Positions 9,117 to 20,000 of a DNA stretch of 20,000 nt are shown piece by piece; position 1 is the first letter of the stretch; each line of letters opens with the position of its first letter. The position numbers were made by a program, and so were the translations under genes. The notes below the pieces were generated by a model that ran no database searches, was not told the DNA's origin, and worked only from the letters and a program-made list of their open reading frames with translations. The DNA is taken from positions 22,332,146 to 22,352,145 of the forward strand of contig NC_057720.1 in the NCBI RefSeq assembly GCF_004010195.1. The letters run 5' to 3'. This stretch comes from Chiloscyllium plagiosum (lineage: Eukaryota).

Positions 9117-11696
9117 CATGTCTGCTTTGCAAATTCCAACACTAAACAGTGGATTATACAGCCTGTAGTCCAGAACGTTTCAGTGACATATTTTCCCCAC
9201 ATCAGTGTTTACACAGTATTTCATTCCAGCCTACGTATTACTAATTCTCTTTACTAGGATTCAAACCTTTCAAGGACAACTTCATGTCAGAATGTTTGAG
9301 AATTCATGGTTACATGAACAGAAGAATGTATATTGAAGTAAATTGTAAAGGAATGAAACTTAGATCTAGGGCAGCAATTGAAGAATGAGACATCAGATTA
9401 TTAAACAATGTTATGCTGCACAATAAAGTCCCAACAAGATTTCAAAATGAATGCACAAAAATGGGGCTCAGATACAAATGTTCTACTGTGTTGTGTGAGC
9501 ATAAGTTTGGATATATTTATATTTAGCAGTCAGTATCCAATGGTTTTAATGTTGTTTTCTGCTAATCATCACCGCTGAAGTATGACACAATATGGTAATG
9601 CCAGTTTTATTTTGCTGTTAAACTTAAATCATTTAGTGGCTGTTCTCTTTTGCATAATTTAAAAACAATGATTCCAATTTGAATTCCAACTCATATGATT
9701 TAACAATTAGGCATGCTTTTAAACTCTGGTGAAGTTTTGATATATTTCAAATGTATAATAATTTGATGACAGATACATTTCTGATTTCTGCTCTTTCAAG
9801 TATAGATTCATATCAATTTATTGTAATTTACTATCCTATAATAGTACCATTAGCTTCAAAATATCCAGAAAAAAAACTCAGATTAAATATAACCATCTAG
9901 GTTTCACTTGCTTTTTATACATGTATATTTATTACAGACACGTTTTTCTTATTTGGAGAAAAGAAATCCAAATCAAATTGGCAGGTGTATGCAATTTCAC
10001 CGTTGAAATTCCTGTGAAATCCAAATTAGTTAAAGGCAGCAAGATAAAATCCAGCAATCCAGAAACAAGTGCTATAATGTCCCTTTCATGCTCCTCAAGC
10101 AATTAATTTCCTAGTTAACAATTATAAATTCTGGACCCAAAAACCCACAAGCCTACTCAGCTGCTGTAGTTATGACAGAGTAGGATTTGTGCCCCGGGGT
10201 AATATAAGTGCTTGATCTTGCTGGAGGCAATCTGTTTAATGCTGACAGACACCCACATAATCTTGAGTCCATTCTGCGTGGGTAGAGAAATGTGGCACTG
10301 GATAGCTGCTTGCCTAGAAAAGCTGGCTGAAATGGCTGACAAGTAAAAAGAAAATCCTATAATCAGCTCTTTATTTCTGGAAGGTTACTGACCTCAGTCT
10401 TGCATGTCCTCTTCCGCAAACCATGATGTAGACAGGCATATTTCTTACTATTTACACTATTCAGATATTAGACACAGGGACCATTTATTAGGCCCAGTGT
10501 CCAGAGGTAAGGATTGATGAGTAGTTTGTGCAAATGCTTACATAGCTTGGCCAAGAAGAAGCCTCAGCAACAAAGAAAGAGAATTTTCCTTTTTCAAAAT
10601 CAAATGTTTTTCACAGACAAATGACTGTGGCTGGTCTTTAATAAGGATCTAACTCTCCAAATATCCTTCATATTGTGAGGGATTTAGCCAGTAGGTCTGC
10701 CATTCAGCAAATAAAATAGAGACCGCTGTCACAATTACAGTGGAATATCTCAGTAATGTCTCACAATTATGAATGCTTTTCAATTTGGATCTCAAGAAGT
10801 ACCCAAGGTCAGCTTCATTATTACAGACAATTACCTATATTAGATGGTATTCTTTGTGAAGAAACTTTGAAGACTCGCTGTTCCACTCCCAAGACAAACC
10901 ATTGGCAGGCTGGGAGGGAAGACCGTAAACAACGGAAACAAGTGAAACAAACAGGATCATTCATACATATAAATGATGTAAACCACTGCTCCGGATCTGG
11001 TGTTGTCATGTAGTAAAGATTGTGGGCACTTCTTTAGAAATTAAAGAGTCTTTGTGCCTACAATGCAGGGTAACCCACACAATAAATATAAGCACATCAG
11101 AGTTAGACAGTGCTTAGGCTTCCAAATCATAGCCTGCTCCTCAATTTGTCAAGTACTACTATAACTTCCTCTTCTCAGAGAACATGGCTTAGCTGTTCAC
11201 ATATATAAATGGAACATGGGTGGATAAAAATCAATAATTTCAAGACACAGTGTTACTGTCATATGTATGCAACTAGGAGTTCCACAATTTTTAGTGCTTC
11301 CATTAGAAAGATGTGGTGATCAATTCCAAAGTGATCAAAATACTGAGAAATGAGGTATATACCGTCATAATGTCTCATGCCATTGGTGGCTGTTGGATGT
11401 AAGCATCTTTTGACTTTCCACGTGGTCCAGCTTTTCCTCATCTTTATTCAAGGTCAAGCTTCTGTCAAGGCCCAGTTTGTGTAGAATTCAATATATTGTT
11501 GCAACAGTATCCACTTTACTCTTGCATAATGTGAGCTGTACCACAAACCCATCACACTCACCAATCTATTCATATATTTAGAGTGTTACTTAGACAACCC
11601 ACGTCTGTGATCAGTGATGGTATTAATTCACATGTGTCTGCTGTTGTATCAAATTTCTACTCAAAAGAGATATCATTAGCATAACATACACAAACT

Positions 11697-11781
11697 ACTT
11701 AGGAACAGAAGATAGGAGCAGGAGTTAGCCATTTGGTCCTTTAAGACTGCTCCACCATTCATTAAGATTATTGGTTGATCT
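11697..11781 (-). mobile_element. CR1 LINE 3' tail fragment (continues at 12951-13030)
   Basis: aggaacagaagataggagcaggagttagccatttggtcc...ctgctccaccattcattaagat is a typical reverse CR1 tail. Confidence 0.7.
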
Positions 11782-12098
11782 TCTTGTAGTGGAGCGCAGA
11801 GGGACAGAAGGATTTTGAGGAGTTTATCCACAGATCCCTGAAGGTGGGAAGACAGGTTAATCGAGTAGTTAAGAAGCATATGGAGCATTTGTCTTTATCA
11901 GTCAAGGCATAGACTCAAGGATCGGAGAGGTTATGTTGGAGCTGTACAAAACTTGGGTTAGGCCACAGCTGGAGTACTGTACGCAGTTCTGGTCACCACA
12001 CTATACAAATGATGTGATTGCACTGGAGAGTATGCGGAGGAGATTCAAAAGGATATTGTTTGGGATGAAGCATTTGTGCTATGAAGAGAGGCTGGATG

Positions 12099-12250
12099 GG
12101 GAAGGCAATGGCCTGGTGGTATTAAACCAGAGAACCAAGAAATGTTCTGGGGATCTGTGTTCAAATCCTGCCATAGCAGATGGTGGAATTCAAATTCAAC
12201 TGAAAAAAAAACTAGAATTTAGAGTCTAATGATGACCATGAAATGATTGT
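12099..12250 (+). mobile_element. 5' part of a tRNA-derived SINE (same recalled family as 7296-7476)
   Basis: A box (tggcctggtgg), B box (gttcaaatcc), then agcagatggtggaattcaaattcaa...ctaatgatgaccatgaa. Confidence 0.7.
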
Positions 12251-12252
12251 TT

Positions 12253-12549
12253 GGGGTGGCACAGTGGTTAGCACTGCTGCCTCTCAGCACCAGGGTCCCA
12301 GGTTCGATTCCAGCCTCGGGTGACTGCCTGTGTGGAGTTTGCACATTCTCCCCGTGTCTCTGTGGGTTTCCTCCCACAATCCAAATCCAAAAAGATGTGC
12401 AGGTCAGGTGAATTGGCCATGCTAAATTGCCCATAGTGTTAGGTGCATTAGTCAGAGGGAAATGGGACGGGTGGGTTACTTTTCGGAGGGTCGGTGTGGG
12501 CTTGTTGGGCCGAAGGGCCTGTTTCCACACTGTAGAGAATCTAATCTAA
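12253..12549 (+). mobile_element. HE1-like V-SINE, near full length
   Basis: A box ggcacagtggttagc, B box ggttcgattcc, V domain, LINE-type tail and (ATCTA)n end. Confidence 0.95.
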
Positions 12550-12950
12550 CTCAGATTATTTTCTTTAGAAATGAGAAAGTTGAGAGAGGACCTGACTGAG
12601 ATCGGTAAGATTATGAAGAGCGTGACAAGGTGGAAAGGTAGCAGTTGTCCTCCTTAGTTGAAGGGTTAATAATGAGGATGCCTAATTTTAAGGTGAAGGG
12701 CAAGCAGATTAGAAATCTATTTTTACCTAGAGGGTGGTAGTGGCTTGGAAAGCACTGACTGTGAGGGTAGTGGAGGCAGGAAACCTCACAATCTTTAAAA
12801 AAGTACTCGGAAACACAGATAAAGTGTCATCACATTCAAAGCTATGGCCTACTGCAGTAAAGTGGGAGTAGTATACATAGTAGTGGATACTTGGCAGTAC
12901 AGATTTGATGGGCCAAAGGGCCTCTTCTGTACTATATGATTCTATGATTC

Positions 12951-13030
12951 GAAGATCACCTCTCATTCTTCTAAACTCCAAACGATATTAACCCAAACTA
13001 TATGGCCTTCCTTAAGATCTTCATTATCCA
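12951..13030 (-). mobile_element. CR1 LINE fragment
   Basis: Minus strand encodes SLEFRRMRGDL (start of ORF 12727..12981), a CR1 ORF2 C-terminal motif. Confidence 0.65.
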
Positions 13031-13189
13031 TCTCTACATCTGCCCATTTAAGAACTCTATAACATTTGATTACCTGAGAATTTATAGCATTTGAGTTTTG
13101 CTGAAAAAGACTTACTTTGTCAAAGGTTTTCACCTTGCAATTGACAATAATCATGCAAATGTTAAGGGACACAATATTTTTATACTATA

Positions 13190-13530
13190 TGAGAAGTTGG
13201 CAAGTGGAGTCCAACTAGTAGAAACATTGCCATGGAGAATGCACCAGTTGAACAATGATTGACAGTTAACTGCCAAACTCTGTTCAAATTAAATCAAGCA
13301 GATTTAGTCTGAGTGGTCACTTCATGGCTTTGAAGAATGAGTCAGAGAATTGCTATTGCCAATTTTGTTAAGTTGAAATAAGTGCAATATGTGCTTACTT
13401 TCTCTATCTATGAAAAAGCAGGGCCCTGCCTATTAATTATGTTGCTTCCATCTCCATACAAGTTCATGAGACTGACTGACAATTATAAATTGGTTACCAG
13501 TGTAATTCTTAACATATTTAGGGCATTGTG
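13190..13530 (-). repeat. Unclassified interspersed repeat, left arm of an inverted pair
   Basis: Its reverse complement aligns with 13960-14375, including a perfect 21-mer (13486-13506 vs 13979-13999) and actggtgcattctccat. Confidence 0.8.
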
Positions 13531-13959
13531 CAAACCTGTGAACAGATCTAAGGCCTTTACAGCTAATCCTGAAAACTGCCCAGATTACTGCAGATTACCA
13601 TGAAAGGATAAAGTATCTCAAGAATCTGAGAAACAAATGAACGGAAACAGCAGTTTCATGCTGCTACTTACAATGACAGTATGAGTGGTGTTTGCTACTT
13701 ACAGAATGCTGATATCTAGCCAAAAATGTGTTCTGCCTATCACACAAATGAATAATGTGTAGATAAATTTTAGAGCGTATATGATGCCAGGTATGTAGGC
13801 TGTACATCTCAGAGCCTGATGGATCCTATCAAACAGTATATCCCTTTTGCTGTTCTCAACACAAAATACTAACTACATCCAATCAGCCTGTGCTTGCAAA
13901 ACTCAAAGTATAGCGTCTAATACTGGATATAATTCCACAATTGGACAATATTTTTAAAT

Positions 13960-14470
13960 TATCCTCAGTGTGCTAAGTATTACACTGGTAACCAATTTAA
14001 GGTTGTCACTCACTTGTTCGTGCTATAAGCTACATACTTTAATACAAGAGGACTTGTACTTTACAGACAGAAAATGCATATACACAGATTACAACTGTTT
14101 CAATATAACTAAATAGGCACCAGTCATTTAAAAGCAAAGTAATGCAGATGCTGCAGATCTGAAATAAAAACAAAGTGCTGGAGAAACAGAGCTGATATGG
14201 AAGACTATGGCAGCCATTCTCTGGTACATTCCTCATGCAAATGCCTTGAGTGATCAGTCAACCTGCCTGGTTTAAATTTAAACAAAGCTTGGCAATTAAG
14301 TATCAGCTATCATCTCACTGGTGCATTCTCCATAGTAATGCTTTTACTAATCAGAGTTCACTTCCCAACCAAACAGCATGCTGTTGTCATATGGTAATAG
14401 AAATGTTGTTCCCCTTTATGTTGGTGTTCTTGTGAATGTTTTGATCGCTATAAAATAGAAAACTTCAACA
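13960..14470 (+). repeat. Unclassified interspersed repeat, right arm of the inverted pair
   Basis: See left arm. It carries an extra ~60-bp fragment at 14131-14192. Confidence 0.75.
14131..14192 (-). mobile_element. Terminal fragment of the PLE terminal-repeat-like family seen at 18171-18400
   Basis: gcagatgctgcagatctgaaataaaaacaaagtgctggagaaac resembles the reverse complement of 18341-18400 and the PLE terminus at 1046-1090. Confidence 0.6.
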
Positions 14471-17288
14471 ATATACACAATATATTTTCAGTAATGCTCA
14501 ATTTTTAATCCAGTAAACAACATACACTCCAGAAAGTTTATACAAATTTGCACCAATAGTTGTGAACAATTTGCATGTTGATGGTATTTAGGTACAGCAT
14601 GTATATGGGTTTACAATGAGCTATAATGCATTCAATGATTTTCTGTACCTTGGGAAAGCAAATAAGTTGGAAAGCAGTAGATGTCTTCTCTGCTGGTAGC
14701 TGTCATTAAAGTGCATGCAGGTGGTGGATGTTGAAATATAACGTCAGTTGCTTATTTAATGCAGCAATGGATTGCACAAAAGCATAAATGAAGCATTAAA
14801 TCTGAGAGCAGAGGTGATAGCTGCTAGTGTAATTTGAATGTCTGATTGTTCCTGCAGGACCAGATGGTACACCTGAGTCACAATCTCTTTGCTGAACCCG
14901 AAAAAGTGCCTGAGGTAGTTTGAGTCATGCCTGGATTCTTTCTCCTCAGGATGAAATGGCTGGTAATAGTTGCTGCACATATGCTATGGGGCTAAATATC
15001 TGGCTGTAATATTTATTCCTTAATGCTCTGTTGAAATTTTGCCCTTTTCTTCTATATAGTTAATCAAGATTAATTTCATATTTATTCCACACACTTACCA
15101 AACCCAATTTTCTATTAAGTGTCCTTTAACAAATGATTAGCACTTGTTAACAAGCTTTATTTTTGGTGGGTTAACTGCCACACAATATTTCAGTGTGGGT
15201 GCAGCCTCTGAATTGTAATAACAATGGAAGGGAATTGTTTTCTAGTGCTGGTAATCCACTGTTCACTCACATCTAATTTCTTTGTTAAATTTCAGCAGAT
15301 ATGCCCTTAGAGTCTGTGGTTTTAAAATCCAGGTTTGAAAAAAATGTTATGGAATAGACATTTCAACTTAAGATTTAAACCAATTAATTTACCACAGGTC
15401 AAATTACTGGTGCAAAGCAATTCCGTCTGTTTTTTTGCTGTTTGACAGCCTGCTTAGTATATCCCCAAGAAGCCCTTTCATAACTCGTACACCTTTTACA
15501 GAGAACACAAATAATGAAGGAATAATAACATTTCTGTTTACCAAGATACCAGCTGGCATTTCAATGCAAGATGGCCATGTATAATCAGTAACAGTATAGT
15601 ACACTCTCTATCCATTCAGTCTTTCTTATACAAATATCATCAATTTATCAAAAAAGAACTTAAGAACATGTACTGAATTCCTTTTAAAAAAACCAAAGTT
15701 CATGCGAACATATTTGAGCCAGAAATTACTGCAGTATTCAGCTGTCAATCTATTTGCACGACAAGGGAGTAACCATGTCTGTAGGATAGGATAATAAAAT
15801 TTCAAGCAGATGTTCAGGCAGAGCTTTAATTCTCATTTAAGTCCCTTGGTAAGCATTTCATTTTGTCTTCGTATGCGAGCAAGACGAATCACACTTCATC
15901 AGAAGTGTATTTGAAATGTTACTAATTCATATTATGGTATATTGATGGAGAAACAACCTTTGTCGTATAAAAATGATCAAAATTTAAAATGCCACAATAT
16001 TATAGTTCACAGATGTTGTGTTGCTCTCAATTTACCCAACATAATAAAATACAGCAGAATGATAGGTCTTAAAGCAAATTGGAGTCCTGAAAATAATTTC
16101 AACCAACCTCTTGCAGGAGAGTGTAATCACATGTTTATCACCTATATACAGCACTGATAGTCTGCATTACATAATGGTGCAAAATTGGAATTTGATTAAC
16201 TTTCAGTTAGGTATTCACTGAATCATGCCATATCCGAGAGAACATGGTAGGAGAAACAGCAAATGCGAGATCCAATTTGCTTCGGCTTGGACAATACCCA
16301 AGTTATTTCACATGATAAGTTAGAATGAGAAAGGTCCTTCAGCCTGCCTGCTCCTGTCAGAAGACAAGCCCTGCTATCCTCTTATTGCAGCACCTAATTC
16401 CTAAAGTATTCCGCCCTCAACTATTTTGCTGGTTACCTAATTTCTCAAGATGATCACGATCTGCACTTCCTGGTATCTGTCCTAAACTTGCCTCGTGGAT
16501 TCTCAAGCCTATGCATTATTATTTAACTTTCAGACATCTGAAAGTTTTGTTTCACACCTAACTCCAGGCAGGTATAAAATATTTATCATTTGAGTTGAAC
16601 AAGTAGAGTTTCTTTTGAAGGGGCCAGTATTCATTGCCCATCGCTAACTGTCCATGAAAAGATAATGTAAGTCGTAGTCTGTGAGGTGCAGGTATGCCCA
16701 CAGTGCTTTTAGGTAGAGAATTCCAGTATTTTGACCCTGCAACAGTGAACAACAATACAGTTCAAAGACAGGATGGTGTATACGTTGGAGGGAACCTTAA
16801 GCCTAGCACTTGCTGCCTCTGACCTTTTAGATGGTAGTGGCCATTGATTTTGAGAGATATTTCTTAAATGTTGTATGAGATACTATAATCCAGGAAAGTG
16901 GAGAGTATAACATCATATTCCTGACTTGTGCTTATAGATGGTGAAAAAGCTTGGGGAGGCGTGAGGTGAGTCACTTGTCACACAATTCCTCGACCTTGAT
17001 CTGGTTTTATAGACTCAGTACTTTTGTAAAAGCTCCAGTCAAATCTCTCATTAACACAAAATTGTTAATGGGAGGTTTTCAACAATAGTCATATTGTTGA
17101 GTATCAAAGAAATGTGTTGTGAATGGTCATTGCCCAGCAGCTGCATGACAAAATATTACTTGCCTCTTATCAGCCAAACCTGAATACTATCTAGGTATTC
17201 CTGTATGCCAGCAAATTCTGCTTCATTTATGAGAACTGTGAATAGAACTAAACTAGGCAATCTTAAGCATATGACCTTTGATGTTACA

Positions 17289-17708
17289 GATAATTTCTGA
17301 TCAATCTACTCAGAGATTAGATTAGATTACATTACATTACAGTGTGGAAACAGGCCCTTCGGCCCAACAAGTCCACACTGACCCGCTGAAGCGTAACCCA
17401 CCCATACCCCTACATTTACCCCTTTCCTAACACTACGGGCAATTTAGCATGGCCAATTCACCTGACCTGCACATCTTTGGACTGGAGGAGGAAACCGGAG
17501 CACCTGGAGGAAACCCACGCAGACACGGGGAGAATGTGCAAACTCCACACAGTCAGTCGCCTGAGGTGGGAATTGAACCCGGGTCTCTGGCGCTGTGAGG
17601 CAGCAGTGCTAACCACTGTGCCACCGTGCCGCCCATAAGATGTTTTTACGAACTTGAAACCTGGCCTCCTGGTCTGGTGAGAGGAATACTATCACTGTGC
17701 CACTAACT
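17289..17708 (-). mobile_element. Short tRNA-derived SINE with 12-bp target-site duplication, containing an HE1 insertion
   Basis: Perfect direct repeat tttgatgttaca at 17277-17288 and 17709-17720. A tRNA-like head lies on minus at 17650-17705 (tggcacagtgatag...ggtttcaagtt). Confidence 0.65.
17314..17634 (-). mobile_element. HE1-like V-SINE, full length, young
   Basis: Minus strand starts gggcggcacggtggcacagtggttagcactgctgcc, with B box ggttcaattcc, an intact V domain and an (ATGTA)/(ATCTA) tail. Confidence 0.95.
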
Positions 17709-18170
17709 TTTGATGTTACAATACTAAATAATCATTAATTAAGCAGCTGAAGGTATTTGAGCCTTAGATGCTACCCTGCGGAACTCCTGCAATGGTGTGC
17801 TGGGACTGAGATGATTGATCACAAACAATCACAACTGTCTTCCTTTGTTGCATTTAGCGGAGAAATTTTCCCTTTGATTCCCATTGACTTCAATCTTGCT
17901 GGAGCTCCGTGAATTCACAATCAAATGCTGTCTTACCTTTCTTCTGGAATTCAGTTTTTTTGTCTTTGGACATGAGGTGATAATGAGGTCAGAAGCAGAC
18001 CAATCCTGGCAGAGCCCAACTTGTGCATCAAGGAGCAGATTATGAGGGAATACTGTCATGATGATGTGTATGTGCAAAATGGAACATGAATCTTTAGCCT
18101 TGGATTGTTTTTTTTTGAGAAGGGAAAATAAAACAACTTGAATTCCAAAGACACTGTTTCAAAACAAAAA

Positions 18171-18400
18171 CAAAATCAGAAGTCGCTATAGAAACTCGGC
18201 ACGTCTGACAGCATCTGTGGTAAGAAAACACAGTTAACATTTTGAGTCTGCATACTTCATCAGAACTGATGAAAAATTACCAGACTTGAAATGTTAACTG
18301 TGTTAACATTTCTTCCCGCAGATGCTGCCAGACCTGTTGAGTTTCTCCAGTTACTTCTGCTTTTGCTTCAAATCTCCTGGTCTCCACAGTTCTTTGTTTT
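18171..18400. mobile_element. Palindromic element made of two inverted PLE terminal-repeat/hammerhead-derived units
   Basis: Arms 18171-18263 and 18266-18365 are imperfect reverse complements centred on ttcatcag-aa-ctgatgaa. The right arm continues with a PLE-like terminus to ~18400. Confidence 0.8.
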
Positions 18401-18712
18401 ACTACACTGTGTTTTGAAATGGCTTTGAAGTAAAGTTGGCCAAGTTTCTCAAAGCCTCTGAAAATAAATTAGTTGGGGATATGGCTGAGCAATGCAAAAC
18501 TTTAGACCTGTCATTGTTTGAACTCTCTAAAAGATCTAAGGACAATAAACTAAATAAACCAGTCAAGCAAAACTCATGCAAATAGGGTGCTGAGGAGCTC
18601 TGTTTGTTTTGATGGCACCTCAATAGTTTTGACAATGGAAGGGCAAAGCTCCTTTATTAATATAGATAGCCTTCTTTCTGTATCAACAGCCAGCTGTCAC
18701 ATGATTGGAACC

Positions 18713-19003
18713 CACAGAATTACAGAAATGTTACAGTGCAGAAGGAGGCCATTTGGCCCATTGAATCCACACCGTGCCTCTGAAAAGCATCCCATCCAGA
18801 TCCACACCCTTACCCTATCCCTGCATTTCACACAGCTAATCCACCTAGCCTGCTCATCTTTGGACTGTGGGAGGGAACCAGAGCATGCAGACATGGGGAC
18901 AATGTGCAAACATCACACAGACAGTCACCCAGGGTTGGAATTGAACCCAGGTCCTTGGCACTGTGAGGCAGCAGCACTAACCACTGAACCACACTGCTGT
19001 CCC
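18713..19003 (-). mobile_element. HE1-like V-SINE, older copy
   Basis: Minus strand ggttcagtggttagtgctgctgcc, B box ggttcaattcc, partly deleted V domain and CR1-type tail. Confidence 0.9.
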
Positions 19004-19525
19004 TGGTGCCAATTTCCAACCTTCTACCCTATATGCTTCCATGTTGGTTTCTATTTTTGACCTCACCTGTCAAGAAATAATATTGTAAACTGGTCCATTT
19101 GTAACATTGACAAGAGTCTGTACAACATATGAATGTGATCAGAATGTAGCATCTCGCTCCCATTCTGCTAAACTCAAGTTCACACATTATCTCTGTTATA
19201 TCTTGGAGCATATCACAGATATAGAGAATTTTAATTGAAAGAAATTTCAAGTGCCAAAGCACCCACTCTGGGGAAGGACAGATTACAGTTTAAAAGTTGT
19301 CTCCAAAAGCCAACTGGCTTGCAACATTCACAAACTGTGTCAGGATAGCTAAAACAGGTCTCCCTTGTTAAGTCCTCTTTTTTCAGCTCTCAGATGGCCA
19401 GTGTTTGACAGCAGGTTATAGACAGGGATGTTCTGAAGCTCCCTTTGAAGTGTGGCAGCGCTGAGATTAATGACTGAGAGTAACTTGTGACTAAATGTTC
19501 AAAATGGCAACAACTTGTTTGTCAA

Positions 19526-20000
19526 AGCAGAGGCCTCACTTTCATTCCCCTACGCTCTCGGATTAACGAGTTCAACACGCGGCGTGACATCAAACAATTC
19601 TTCCGCTGCCTTCGCCTCCGTGCCTACTTCTTCCACCAAGATTCTCGCCCACCCTCTGATGACCCCTTCTCCCACCTCCAACACACCCCATCCACCTGGA
19701 CGCCCCGTGCTGGCCTCTTACCTGCCCTTGATCTCTTCATAGCCAACTGCCGCCGCGACATTAACCGCCTCAACCTCTCCACCCCTCTCACCCACTCCAA
19801 CCTCTCACCCTCGGAACGTGCAGCCCTCCACTCCCTCTGTTCCGACCCCAACCTCACTATCAAACCAGCAGACAAGGGAGGCGCGGTAGTAGTTTGGCGC
19901 ACCGACCTTTACACCGCTGAGGCTAAACGCCAGCTCGCGGACACCTCCTCCTACTGCCCCCTTGACCATGACCCCACCTCCCACCACCAAACCATCATCT
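19526..20000 (+). mobile_element. PLE ORF N-terminal region, 5'-truncated, running off the window end
   Basis: Stop-free frame from 19526: SRGLTFIPLRSRINEFNTRRDIKQFFRCLRLRAYFF...SNLSPSERAALHSLCSDPNLTIKPADKGGAVVVWRTDLYTAEAKRQLADTSSY... It contains the PLE GL.F.P and IKPADKG motifs. Not listed in the ORF track, probably because it is open-ended. Confidence 0.92.

Larger units (their letters stand above)
11790..12950 (+). mobile_element. CR1 LINE 3' part (11790-12098 plus 12550-12950) interrupted by two SINEs
   Basis: MLELYKTWVRPQLEYCTQFWSPHY...YEERLD (ORF 11933), resuming as LFSLEMRKLREDLTE at ~12556 and ending in the tail gggccaaagggcct...tgattctatgattc. Confidence 0.88.
16615..18050 (-). mobile_element. 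Old decayed CR1-group LINE (different subfamily), interrupted at 17289-17708
   Basis: Minus strand AGVPQGSI* at ~17764-17790 and a QVGLCQDWSASDLI (QFGFR..S..DLI-like) segment near 17980-18022. A 3' tail resembling gatgggcaat.aat.ctggcc lies at 16621-16642. Confidence 0.75.

Noticed and set aside
12253..12320. tRNA-like sequences with A and B boxes (also near 17570-17634, 18940-19003 and 6050-6110)
   Set aside because: They are SINE heads followed by SINE bodies, not tRNA genes.
14440..14467. Hammerhead-like remnant ttgatcg...gaaaacttc
   Set aside because: The core does not match CUGANGA and there is no stem II, so it is not callable as a ribozyme.
14858..14914. Possible 57-nt exon (ttcctgcag|GAC...GAG|gtagtt; DQMVHLSHNLFAEPEKVPE)
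   Set aside because: Weak donor and unrecognised peptide; it would need RNA-seq or tBLASTn support.
1..20000. Prokaryotic systems (CRISPR arrays, operons, retrons)
   Set aside because: No regularly spaced repeats or gene-dense coding; the content is vertebrate-type retroelement DNA.

Overview
Eukaryotic, repeat-rich, non-genic (intronic or intergenic) DNA. The repeat families, recognised from memory rather than by search, point to a cartilaginous fish, probably a shark. No host protein-coding exon can be supported; almost all ORFs in the track are retroelement remnants or noise. The window holds nested retroelements: CR1/HER1-type LINEs, four HE1-like V-SINEs, a DeuSINE, other tRNA-derived SINEs and three Penelope-like element (PLE) pieces, which cover the N-terminal DKG region, the RT C-terminus and the GIY-YIG end. 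The most notable signals are: an apparently intact minimal hammerhead ribozyme core in a PLE terminal repeat (5512-5539) followed by a multibranch RNA fold; a ~200-bp palindrome of two back-to-back decayed hammerhead/terminal-repeat units (18171-18365); an 85-bp inverted repeat in a PLE nested in a SINE; and a palindrome- and homeobox-motif-rich candidate enhancer (8761-9116) inside a TE-poor island. There is one assembly gap (1383-1635).
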